From Thermoplasmatota archaeon (GTDB lineage Archaea; Thermoplasmatota; E2; DHVEG-1): a stretch of 64,000 bases of DNA. Of this stretch, positions 44,081 to 52,430 are shown in pieces (within the stretch, counting starts at the first letter, position 1; each line of letters opens with the position of its first letter). Location of the stretch: contig JBFEOQ010000003.1 in the NCBI GenBank assembly GCA_041550515.1, positions 2,537-66,536 of the forward strand, given 5' to 3'. Made by a program: the position numbers and the translations under genes. The notes beneath the pieces were generated by a model. It made no database searches and had not been told where the DNA came from. It was given only the letters and a program-made list of their open reading frames with translations.

Positions 44081-45212
44081 CATAGAATTAGTTCAAGAAT
44101 TTAAAAAATGGGAAAAAAATAGACACAATTATGCAAAAGAATGGAAAAATAAGACAGGTGGAAAAGTCATTGGGTACTTTTGTACCTATGTACCTGAAGA
44201 AATATTGTATGCTGCAGGTATACTGCCTGTACGGATTTTAGGTAGTCATGAACCGCAGGATGTAACTGAGCCTCATATTTTTGGTATGTTTTGTCCTTTC
44301 TGCAGGGATTGTCTTGCCCAAGGACTCAAGAATAGATATAATTATCTTGATGGTCTTATGATTGCGCAATCGTGTCTACATATCAGGCAAGCGTATACTA
44401 GTTGGATTAAACATAGACCAGTAGAATTTGAAAAATTTCTTTGTATGCCACATAAGGTTCAAAGCCCACATGCCTATGAGTTCCTAACTGAGGAATACAA
44501 GGTTTTTAAGAAAGAAGTGGAAAATTGGACTGGTAAAAAAATAACAGATAAGGACTTGGAAAATGCAATAGAAATTTATAATGAGAACCGTCGTCTAATG
44601 AGACAGCTATATGATCTACGGAAACGTGACAAACCGCCTGTTACTGGTGAGGAAGTTATGGAAATTGTTATTGCTATGCAAATGATGGATAAAGCAGAAC
44701 ATAACAAAATATTAAAAGAAACCTTAGCGAGGCTAGAGAACTATACTCCAGATAGGGAAACTGGTAGCCGATTAATGATCCTTGGGTCTGAGGATGATGA
44801 TACTGTTTTTATGAATATGGTTGAGAATTGTGGTGCCACATTTGTAATAGATGATCATTGCACTGGAACTCGTTATTTTTGGAATGAAGTAGAAAACGGT
44901 AAAGATCCTCTTGCATCTATTGCTGCTAGATATATAAATAGAATTCCTTGCCCTTCAAAAGATTGGGAGGAACGAAAGAGAATTCCACATATTTTAACCC
45001 TATGTAAAGAATGGAACGTTGATGGTGTCATCATAATGCAACAGAAATTCTGCGATCCACATGAACTCGACTTTGTCGCAATAAAAAAAGCATTGGAAGA
45101 TGTTGGTATACCTACATTATTTCTAGAATTTGATGTAACAGTACCAATTGGACAGTTTAAAATCCGAGTGGAAGCTTTTCTTGAAATGATTGGTGAGGAG
45201 GATCTATTTTAG
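44064..45212 (+). CDS. bzdN: Benzoyl-CoA reductase gamma-type subunit (BcrC/BadD/BzdN family)
   Basis: 382 aa. [23 protein letters not shown] and the rest of the HgdB/BcrC-family fold. It is the first of four reductase genes in gamma-beta-delta-alpha order. TTG start, so the start is uncertain. Confidence 0.8.
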   Translation: MKGGCNIELVQEFKKWEKNRHNYAKEWKNKTGGKVIGYFCTYVPEEILYAAGILPVRILGSHEPQDVTEPHIFGMFCPFCRDCLAQGLKNRYNYLDGLMIAQSCLHIRQAYTSWIKHRPVEFEKFLCMPHKVQSPHAYEFLTEEYKVFKKEVENWTGKKITDKDLENAIEIYNENRRLMRQLYDLRKRDKPPVTGEEVMEIVIAMQMMDKAEHNKILKETLARLENYTPDRETGSRLMILGSEDDDTVFMNMVENCGATFVIDDHCTGTRYFWNEVENGKDPLASIAARYINRIPCPSKDWEERKRIPHILTLCKEWNVDGVIIMQQKFCDPHELDFVAIKKALEDVGIPTLFLEFDVTVPIGQFKIRVEAFLEMIGEEDLF

Positions 45213-45219
45213 GAGGTGA
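45211..45219 (+). promoter_or_regulatory. Shine-Dalgarno-like site AGGAGGTGA, 7 nt upstream of the bzdO-like ATG
   Basis: Read directly from the sequence. Similar GGAGG-type motifs precede the genes at 47361 (AAGGAGGT, 47346-47353) and 48245 (GGAGGAT, 48234-48240). Confidence 0.6.
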
Positions 45220-45226
45220 AAATTAT

Positions 45227-46567
45227 ATGGAGCAAGAAGAATTATATCCCACTGAAAAATTAAAATGCTGGAACAAAGCAAAAGAAATCCGTATGAAATT
45301 TTACCAGGATTATGCAGAGGCACATGACAAAGGTGGATTACGATGGGCAGGTGGTGCATGGACCTTTGATGCTATTCCTGCAGGTCTGGGTGATGATGTT
45401 TTTCCTATTACAAGTGAGCCATATAGTGCTACAATTGCATTTGACAAAGAACTTTCTTTAGAATGTATGGAAGCTACTGAAATAAAAGGCTACCCTCGTG
45501 ATCTTTGTTCTTATATGCGCAATTACTGGGGCTCTATCATTACTGACAAATTTGCATTTGGATACAAAGATGGAAAGTTTGTTCCTAGATTTGAGGGTGT
45601 GAAACCAATAGGTTTTCCAAAACCTGATTTTATATGGCAAGATCACATCTGTTGTTCACATGCAAAATGGTATCAAGTAGTATCAGATTTGGAAGGGGGA
45701 ATTCCTATGTATTCAGTGGATAACGCAGTTGGACCTTCACATGAACTTACTGATAGTAAGATTAAATATGTCGTAGAACAACTAAAAGATGGTATAAAAT
45801 TCCTGGAAAAGACTACAGGTAGAGATTACGACGATGAGCTAATGTATAAAGCGATTAGAAATCATTTTATATCAACATCGAAATGGGCTGAGACCTGTGA
45901 ATTGAATAAAGCTATTCCAGCACCCTTAGATGAAAAATCAATTTACTCATTGTATGTCCTTGGAACTCTACAAAAATCAGGGAAAAAAGTAGCAGATTTT
46001 TATGAAAAAGATCTCCTCCCCGAAGTACAGGACCGAGTAAAAAAAGGTATAGCAGCAGTTCCTAATGAAAAATTTAGGGTAATGTCAGATACACAACCTC
46101 CATGGAGTTTCCTGAGTATATTTAGATATCTTGAGAAATTTGGATGTGTTAGTATAGGTTCCCTTTATACCTTTGGACTCATTGGTCAATGGGAAGTAAA
46201 AAAGGATGGTACATGGGGTGCAAAAACCATACCTGATGTAGAGTTTACTAGCCGCGATCAAGCACTTTATGAATATGTTAAATATGAACTTCATAAACCT
46301 GAATGGCAGCATTTCTACTCCTGCCATTTTAAGAGTGATATGATGATACGAATCGCTAAAGAGTGGAAACTTAATGGCGTCATGCTTCACTATAACAGAG
46401 GTTGCGAAGGATTAACCGTAGGTATCGCAGAGAATAGACTTGCTCTTCTTGAAGCAGGTTTCCCAGTTATGGCATTTGAAGGAAATAATGCTGATGAAAG
46501 GGAATTTGATGAAAATCGAACAAAGGCTAAAATAAATGCATTTATGGAAACCCTTGGAGCAAAATAG
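45227..46567 (+). CDS. bzdO: Benzoyl-CoA reductase beta-type subunit (BcrB/BadE/BzdO family)
   Basis: 446 aa. [31 protein letters not shown] and [11 protein letters not shown] are typical of BcrB-family proteins. Confidence 0.8.
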   Translation: MEQEELYPTEKLKCWNKAKEIRMKFYQDYAEAHDKGGLRWAGGAWTFDAIPAGLGDDVFPITSEPYSATIAFDKELSLECMEATEIKGYPRDLCSYMRNYWGSIITDKFAFGYKDGKFVPRFEGVKPIGFPKPDFIWQDHICCSHAKWYQVVSDLEGGIPMYSVDNAVGPSHELTDSKIKYVVEQLKDGIKFLEKTTGRDYDDELMYKAIRNHFISTSKWAETCELNKAIPAPLDEKSIYSLYVLGTLQKSGKKVADFYEKDLLPEVQDRVKKGIAAVPNEKFRVMSDTQPPWSFLSIFRYLEKFGCVSIGSLYTFGLIGQWEVKKDGTWGAKTIPDVEFTSRDQALYEYVKYELHKPEWQHFYSCHFKSDMMIRIAKEWKLNGVMLHYNRGCEGLTVGIAENRLALLEAGFPVMAFEGNNADEREFDENRTKAKINAFMETLGAK

Positions 46568-46579
46568 GAGATAAGAAAT

Positions 46580-47359
46580 ATGATAACTATGGGTATTGAT
46601 TTAGGTGCAAAATATATCAAAGTAATAATTTTGAAGGACATCAAGATTATTGCAAAGACAAATGTTCTTGCAGGATTTGATGTAGAAAAAAGCGCACAGT
46701 TGGCAGTAGATAAAGCGCTTAAGGAAGCTGGTATTAAAAAGGATGACTTGAATAAAGTTGTATCTACGGGTGTAGGTGAAAAACTTGCTCCTTTTTATGA
46801 TGAAACCAGGTCTACCGTTGGCTGTGACTCATTAGGAGCTGTATATCTTCATCCTAATGCCAGAAGTGTTATCGATGTTGGTGCTGAAGAAGGCCGTGGA
46901 ATGAGGTGTGATGAAACTGGCAAAATTATCGATTTTGAAGTAAATGAAAAATGCGCAGCAGGGGCAGGAGCATTTACAGAAGCTATGTCTCGGGCACTTG
47001 AAGTTCCTCTTGAGGAATTAGGTGCTCTTTCTTTGAAATCTACTGAGGAAATCCCTATGAATGCACAGTGTACTGTATTTGCGGAATCAGAGGTTGTAAC
47101 CATGGTTCATAATAAGGTTTCTAAAGCTAATATGGCCAGAGCAGTTCATGATGCAATGGCAAGTCGAATAACATCAATGATCAGAAAAATAGGTTTCGAT
47201 AAAGACGTAGTACTAGTAGGTGGTGTTGCAAATAATGTGGGCTTCATTGACTCACTTAACAATGATCTTGGACTTAAAGTAGTTGTACCAGAAGATCCTG
47301 AATATGTTGGAGCACTAGGTGCAGCTTTAGCAGCCGCAGGATGGAAAGGAGGTAAATAA
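46580..47359 (+). CDS. bzdP: Benzoyl-CoA reductase ATPase subunit, delta-type (BcrD/BadG/BzdP family)
   Basis: 259 aa, BcrAD_BadFG ATPase. GIDLGAKYIKV, the cluster-ligand region NEKCAAGAGAF and CTVFAESE. Confidence 0.8.
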   Translation: MITMGIDLGAKYIKVIILKDIKIIAKTNVLAGFDVEKSAQLAVDKALKEAGIKKDDLNKVVSTGVGEKLAPFYDETRSTVGCDSLGAVYLHPNARSVIDVGAEEGRGMRCDETGKIIDFEVNEKCAAGAGAFTEAMSRALEVPLEELGALSLKSTEEIPMNAQCTVFAESEVVTMVHNKVSKANMARAVHDAMASRITSMIRKIGFDKDVVLVGGVANNVGFIDSLNNDLGLKVVVPEDPEYVGALGAALAAAGWKGGK

Positions 47360-47360
47360 T

Positions 47361-48230
47361 ATGACACAAAAAACCGAATTTTGGAGATGGACTGAATCCA
47401 GATGGACCAATCCAGATCTTGATTGGAAAGGAAAAGTCGTGACATCTGGTATAGATGTAGGATCAGTTAGCTCACAAGCAGTCATTCTTGCTGATGGTAA
47501 ACTCTATGCTTACTCTAATATGAGAACGGGTTCAGACAGCCCAGATTCAGCAATGAAGGCAATAAATTGGGCTATGGAAAAAACAGGGTTAACTCTTGAA
47601 GATCTCACTTATACAGTAGGTACAGGTTATGGCAGAGTAAACGTACCATTTAGCCAACGTGCTATTACCGAAATCGCGTGTCATGCCCGTGGTGCAAACT
47701 TCATTTATGGTCCAAGTGTACGAACTGTTCTTGACATGGGTGGTCAGGATTGTAAGGCTATACATTGTGATGAGCGTGGGAAAGTTACAAACTTCCTCAT
47801 GAACGACAAATGTGCAGCAGGAACAGGCAGAGGTATGGAGGTATTTGCAGACTTATTGGGTGTATCCATTAATGATGTTGGTGATCTTTCACTTGAGGTA
47901 GAAAAAGAACCTCAACCAGTTAGCAGTACTTGTGTTGTATATGCAAAAACTGAAGCTACAGGTTTACTTAGAGAAGGTTGGCCAAAAAACAAGGTACTAG
48001 CTGCTTATTGTTCTGCTATGGCTCATAGGATTATGACCCTTCTTGAAAGAATAGGTGTAGAGAAAGACTTTGCTATAACAGGTGGAATAGCCAAAAACAA
48101 GGGAGTAGTCACAAGGCTTGAGAAAGAAGTTGGAATACCGATAATGAAAACCGATTTTGACACACAAATTGCTGGTGCTCTTGGTGCAGCTCTTTTTGCA
48201 AAAGCACTTGTTGATAAGGGTAAAAAATAG
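47361..48230 (+). CDS. bzdQ: Benzoyl-CoA reductase ATPase subunit, alpha-type (BcrA/BadF/BzdQ family)
   Basis: 289 aa. A second, non-identical BcrAD_BadFG ATPase with a roughly 30-aa N-terminal extension. GIDVGSVSSQ, NDKCAAGTGRG and CVVYAKTE. Confidence 0.8.
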   Translation: MTQKTEFWRWTESRWTNPDLDWKGKVVTSGIDVGSVSSQAVILADGKLYAYSNMRTGSDSPDSAMKAINWAMEKTGLTLEDLTYTVGTGYGRVNVPFSQRAITEIACHARGANFIYGPSVRTVLDMGGQDCKAIHCDERGKVTNFLMNDKCAAGTGRGMEVFADLLGVSINDVGDLSLEVEKEPQPVSSTCVVYAKTEATGLLREGWPKNKVLAAYCSAMAHRIMTLLERIGVEKDFAITGGIAKNKGVVTRLEKEVGIPIMKTDFDTQIAGALGAALFAKALVDKGKK

Positions 48231-48244
48231 TTTGGAGGATCTCA

Positions 48245-48532
48245 ATGATTGCAAATTATGGATATAAGGATGGCTCTGGTGACTATTTCATAACTATAGA
48301 TACAGATAAATGTAATGGTTGTAAAGATTGTATTACTGCTTGTCCATATGGAGTTTTAGGCGTTGGACCTGATGAGAATGATCCTTTATCTGATGAAGAG
48401 GTGGCATTTGTCACAGAAGCAGAGAGAAAGAAAATAAAATATACCTGTGCTCCGTGTAAACCACTGAAAGATAGACCGCCACTACCATGTATGGTTGCAT
48501 GTAAAAAAGATGCAATCTCTCATTCCTGGTGA
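48245..48532 (+). CDS. 2x[4Fe-4S] ferredoxin (candidate reductase electron donor)
   Basis: 95 aa with 8 Cys: CNGCKDCITACP (CX2CX2CX3CP) and CAPCKPLKDRPPLPCMVAC (CX2CX10CX3C, a long-insert second motif). Confidence 0.8.
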   Translation: MIANYGYKDGSGDYFITIDTDKCNGCKDCITACPYGVLGVGPDENDPLSDEEVAFVTEAERKKIKYTCAPCKPLKDRPPLPCMVACKKDAISHSW

Positions 48533-48549
48533 GATTGCTAGGAGATAAA

Positions 48550-51060
48550 ATGAGTATTTCCATAATGATTAACGGTAACGAGGTTATAGCCGAAAAAAGC
48601 ATGACTATTTTAGAAGCTGCTGAAAAGAGTGATATTTATATTCCAAGACTCTGCTATCATCCTAGTCTGGGGAGTTCACATGGTTTAAAACCTGTTGAAA
48701 AAATCTATAGAGATGATGGCGAGCATAAGAATGATGGTTCAGGGCCAAAAGATGGTTACTCAGGTTGCAGACTCTGTCTTGTTGAGATAAAAGGACAAAA
48801 GGATCTTGTTACATCCTGCGATACCGAAATTAAAGAAGGAATGGTAATAAACTCTGAAACTGATACGATTAAAGAAGCACGCAGGAATAATCTTTCTAAG
48901 ATCCTTAGAGATCATCCACATGCATGTCTACAATGTGCCCAACAAGATGGTTGTTCTAGAACACAATGTTCAGCTAATGTTCCTGAGGATGAACGATGTT
49001 GTCCATTACTTGGACATTGTGAGTTACAAAAAATTTCACAATATATTTGTATTAAACAAGATCTTACTAAATACGTTTTTAAAGATCTACCAAAACATAA
49101 AAATGAACCACTTTTTGAAACTGATTATAACTTTTGTATCTCATGTTTAAGATGTGTAAGAGCCTGTCGAGAACTAAGAGGTATAGAAACCCTAGGATAT
49201 GTTTTTAACAAGGAAAAAACAATTGTAGGTTTAACTAAAAATTCTAATTATGACAAATCAGATTGTAGATTTTGTACAACGTGTGTTGAAGTATGCCCAA
49301 CAGGAGCAATTACTGATAAAGATCTATCTAGAGGGAAAAAAGAAGATATTTTAGTCCCTTGTAATGCTAATTGCCCTGCAGGTTTAGACATACCTATGTA
49401 TATTAGTCTTATCAGCAAGGGAAAATATACTGAAGCAAATTCTGTAATACGGGAAAAGATACCATTCCCAGGAATACTAGGAAGAGTATGTTTTCACCCT
49501 TGTGAGGATGCATGTCGTAGAGGTGAACTAAACAAACCATTGGCTATATGTGCTCTGAAATGGTTTATAGCAGATAATGTTAATTCTCCAGAAAAAAAAC
49601 CAATAAAATCTACTGGAAAAAAAGTTGCTATTGTAGGTAGTGGCCCTAGCGGTCTTTCGGCAGCTTATTATTTAGCTTTATCAGGTCATAATGTGTCAAT
49701 TTTTGAAGCTGAAAATGAAATTGGTGGCATGCTTAGATATGCTCTACCTGAGTATCGTCTATCTCATGAGATTCTAAATGAGGAACTAGAAATACTAAAA
49801 AAATTAAATGTGGAATTTAAAACAAAAACTCAGATTGGAAATAAAATATCAATATCTGATCTTTGCAAAGATTATCAAGCTATTTTCCTAGGTTTTGGAG
49901 CATCTCTCAGCAAAAAAATACCTGTAAAAGGATCTGATTTGAAAGGAGTAAAATGGGGTTTAGATTTCTTAAGGGATGCTAGAAAGAAGAAAGAAACATC
50001 TATTATTGGTCGATTGGTGGTTATCGGTGGTGGAAATGTAGCTATGGATGTTGCAAGAACTGCTATTCGTCTAGGTGCCAGTGAGGTACAACTAGCCTGT
50101 CTTGAATGTGATGCAGAGATCCCTGCTCATGAATGGGAAATTTCAGAAGCAAAAGAAGAAGGAGTAGTTATGCATTCCTCTTGGGGACTTAATGAGATTC
50201 TTGGTAAAGAAGGAAAGGTTGAAGGTATTGAACTTATAAAATGTACATCAGTTTTTGATAAAAAGGGTAATTTTGATCCAAAATTTGATAACTGTATAAC
50301 TAAAAAAATTGAAACAGATCAAGTTATACTTGCCATTGGTCAAAGCTCTGATCTATCTTGTATTAAGAATATAGATACTAAAAATGGTTTTATAACAATT
50401 AATAATGATATGCAAACTAGTCTTCCAGGAGTTTATGCTGGTGGTGAGGTTGCAAGAGGTCCTTCATCTGTAGTAGAAGCTGTAGCTGATGGAGCTTCTG
50501 CAGCAAGTGCAATTGATAAATATCTTGGCGGAGATGGGGATATATATCAAAAAAATACAACATCTTTTGAACAAGATCCATTTGTTGGACGAGTTGAAGG
50601 TTTTGCCAGTATGGAACGTATTGATATTCCAAAAATCAAACCAGATGTTAGAATTAAGAATTTTAAGATGATAAATAACTGCTACACTGAAGAACAAGCT
50701 AAGAAAGAGGCAGCACGTTGTTTAAAATGTAACTTGCGATTAGAAATTCTACCTGTTACGTTTCCACCTGATAAATGGGTGGAGCTTAACAATTCTAATG
50801 TTGCAGAAGTCCCAGCAATTGAAGGTGTATACCAACTACGGGATGAGAACAAAGTAATAATCGTAATAAAAGGATCTCAGAATATACAGGCAGATCTAAA
50901 AGAAAAACTAAACTCAAATACAAAAGCCAAATATTTCTGGTACGAACCAGATCCAATGTACACTAAACGGGAGAGCGAGTTGATACAGCAGTTCCTTCAA
51001 CAATTTGGAAAGATGCCTGAAGGTGATGGAGAAGGTGATGATCTAGATGATCTCTTCTAA
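48550..51060 (+). CDS. Multidomain Fe-S flavoprotein: 2Fe-2S + NuoG-like/4Fe-4S + GltD-like NAD(P)H/FAD module + novel C-terminal domain
   Basis: 836 aa from ATG 48550. Fer2-like N-terminus (ISIMINGNEV...CRLCLVEI), CISCLRCVRAC and CRFCTTCVEVCP. GltD/NfnB-like block CPAGLDIP...GRVCFHPCEDAC. Dinucleotide folds VAIVGSGPSGLSAAYYL and VVIGGGNVAMD. A 95-aa C-terminal extension. Confidence 0.85.
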   Translation: MSISIMINGNEVIAEKSMTILEAAEKSDIYIPRLCYHPSLGSSHGLKPVEKIYRDDGEHKNDGSGPKDGYSGCRLCLVEIKGQKDLVTSCDTEIKEGMVINSETDTIKEARRNNLSKILRDHPHACLQCAQQDGCSRTQCSANVPEDERCCPLLGHCELQKISQYICIKQDLTKYVFKDLPKHKNEPLFETDYNFCISCLRCVRACRELRGIETLGYVFNKEKTIVGLTKNSNYDKSDCRFCTTCVEVCPTGAITDKDLSRGKKEDILVPCNANCPAGLDIPMYISLISKGKYTEANSVIREKIPFPGILGRVCFHPCEDACRRGELNKPLAICALKWFIADNVNSPEKKPIKSTGKKVAIVGSGPSGLSAAYYLALSGHNVSIFEAENEIGGMLRYALPEYRLSHEILNEELEILKKLNVEFKTKTQIGNKISISDLCKDYQAIFLGFGASLSKKIPVKGSDLKGVKWGLDFLRDARKKKETSIIGRLVVIGGGNVAMDVARTAIRLGASEVQLACLECDAEIPAHEWEISEAKEEGVVMHSSWGLNEILGKEGKVEGIELIKCTSVFDKKGNFDPKFDNCITKKIETDQVILAIGQSSDLSCIKNIDTKNGFITINNDMQTSLPGVYAGGEVARGPSSVVEAVADGASAASAIDKYLGGDGDIYQKNTTSFEQDPFVGRVEGFASMERIDIPKIKPDVRIKNFKMINNCYTEEQAKKEAARCLKCNLRLEILPVTFPPDKWVELNNSNVAEVPAIEGVYQLRDENKVIIVIKGSQNIQADLKEKLNSNTKAKYFWYEPDPMYTKRESELIQQFLQQFGKMPEGDGEGDDLDDLF

Positions 51061-51685
51061 ACTCCAAGTCGAACCTTTAATTGTTGGCCCATTATGTTCT
51101 AATTGCTATATTGTTTGGGATGGAGACAAAAAAGAAGGAGTAATTATTGATCCCGGCGATGATGCTGACAATATTCTGAGAGTTATAAATAAACTTGGAA
51201 TTAAGATAAAATATATACTTGCAACACATGGCCATTTTGATCATGTAGGTGGTGTTGCACCACTAAGACGAAATCTTAATGCAGAGTTTCTTGCACATAA
51301 AGAAGATTTCTTTTTCATTGAAGATGGAAAAAATGCAGCTGACAGATGGAATGTTGATATTGAGCAACCACCTAGACCAGACCAATTTATTGAAGATGGA
51401 GAAAAGATAAAGGTTGGAAATTTTGAACTGGAGGTTTTACATACACCAGGACATTCCCCCGGTGGTGTGAGTTTTCTTAATGATAAAATAGTATTTGCAG
51501 GTGACACACTTTTCCAAGGAAGTATTGGTAGAACTGATTTTAGAAAAGGATCTTTTGAAGAATTAGAAAAATCTATTAAAACACGTCTTTACTCTCTTCC
51601 AGATGATACATTAGTTTATACAGGTCATGGGCCTATTACAACTATTAGAGATGAGAAAAAATATAATGCTTTTGTGAGAGCTTAA
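51047..51685 (+). CDS. MBL-fold hydrolase (glyoxalase II / thioesterase-like)
   Basis: 212 aa. The THGHFDH metal motif and the downstream HTPGHSPG and D..F. It overlaps the upstream gene by 14 nt. Confidence 0.85.
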   Translation: MISSKLQVEPLIVGPLCSNCYIVWDGDKKEGVIIDPGDDADNILRVINKLGIKIKYILATHGHFDHVGGVAPLRRNLNAEFLAHKEDFFFIEDGKNAADRWNVDIEQPPRPDQFIEDGEKIKVGNFELEVLHTPGHSPGGVSFLNDKIVFAGDTLFQGSIGRTDFRKGSFEELEKSIKTRLYSLPDDTLVYTGHGPITTIRDEKKYNAFVRA

Positions 51686-51688
51686 CCT

Positions 51689-52429
51689 ATGGATGAATCA
51701 ATTTCTAAACTTAAAAAACTATTATCTACCTCGGATAAAATTGTTGCATTCACAGGAGCAGGTTTTTCTGCAGAAAGTGGAATATCTACCTTTCGAGGAG
51801 CTGGAGGTCTCTGGTCAAAATATGATCCATCAATTTATGCAGATATTAATTATTTTGTCAAAGATCCTAGTTATTATTGGAGTTTTATCAAAGAGGAGAG
51901 ATATCCGGCATTAAAAAAAGCAAAACCAAATGATGGTCATTATGCTTTGGTAGAACTTGAAAAATGCGGTAAACTTTACAGGATAATTACTCAAAACATA
52001 GATGGCTTTCATCAAATAGCAGGATCCTTTGATGTAATCGAGCTTCATGGTAATTCCAGAATGGTAAACTGCATGAGTTGTGATAAAAAATATACGATGG
52101 AAGATGTATATAAAAAATTAGAAAAAGAACTTCCACCAAGATGTTTATGTGGTGGAGTTTTAAAACCTTCAACAGTACTTTTTGGAGAACCTCTACCCCA
52201 GTATGCACTTGATATGGCAACTCTTGCTTCAAAAAATTGTGATATGTTTCTAGTACTAGGTAGTTCACTTGTTGTATATCCTGCTGCATCAATGCCAAGA
52301 CTTGCAAAAAAAGGAGGAGCAAGTTTGGTGATTATTAATATTGATCCTACACCTTTGGATCACATTGCTGATATTGTAATTCATGATAGTACTTCAAAGG
52401 TTTTATCTGCTGTGATTAAAAGAGGATGA
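51689..52429 (+). CDS. cobB: NAD-dependent protein deacylase, Sir2 family
   Basis: 246 aa. GAGFSAESGISTFRG, QNIDGFH and the zinc-ribbon Cys pairs CMSC...CLCGG. Confidence 0.9.
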   Translation: MDESISKLKKLLSTSDKIVAFTGAGFSAESGISTFRGAGGLWSKYDPSIYADINYFVKDPSYYWSFIKEERYPALKKAKPNDGHYALVELEKCGKLYRIITQNIDGFHQIAGSFDVIELHGNSRMVNCMSCDKKYTMEDVYKKLEKELPPRCLCGGVLKPSTVLFGEPLPQYALDMATLASKNCDMFLVLGSSLVVYPAASMPRLAKKGGASLVIINIDPTPLDHIADIVIHDSTSKVLSAVIKRG

Positions 52430-52430
52430 A

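Noticed and set aside
48530-48532. Possible selenocysteine or read-through at the ferredoxin TGA, fusing it to the downstream flavoprotein.
   Set aside because: The ferredoxin frame hits TAG two codons after the TGA. The flavoprotein is in a different frame and has its own GGAG-type RBS and ATG at 48550.
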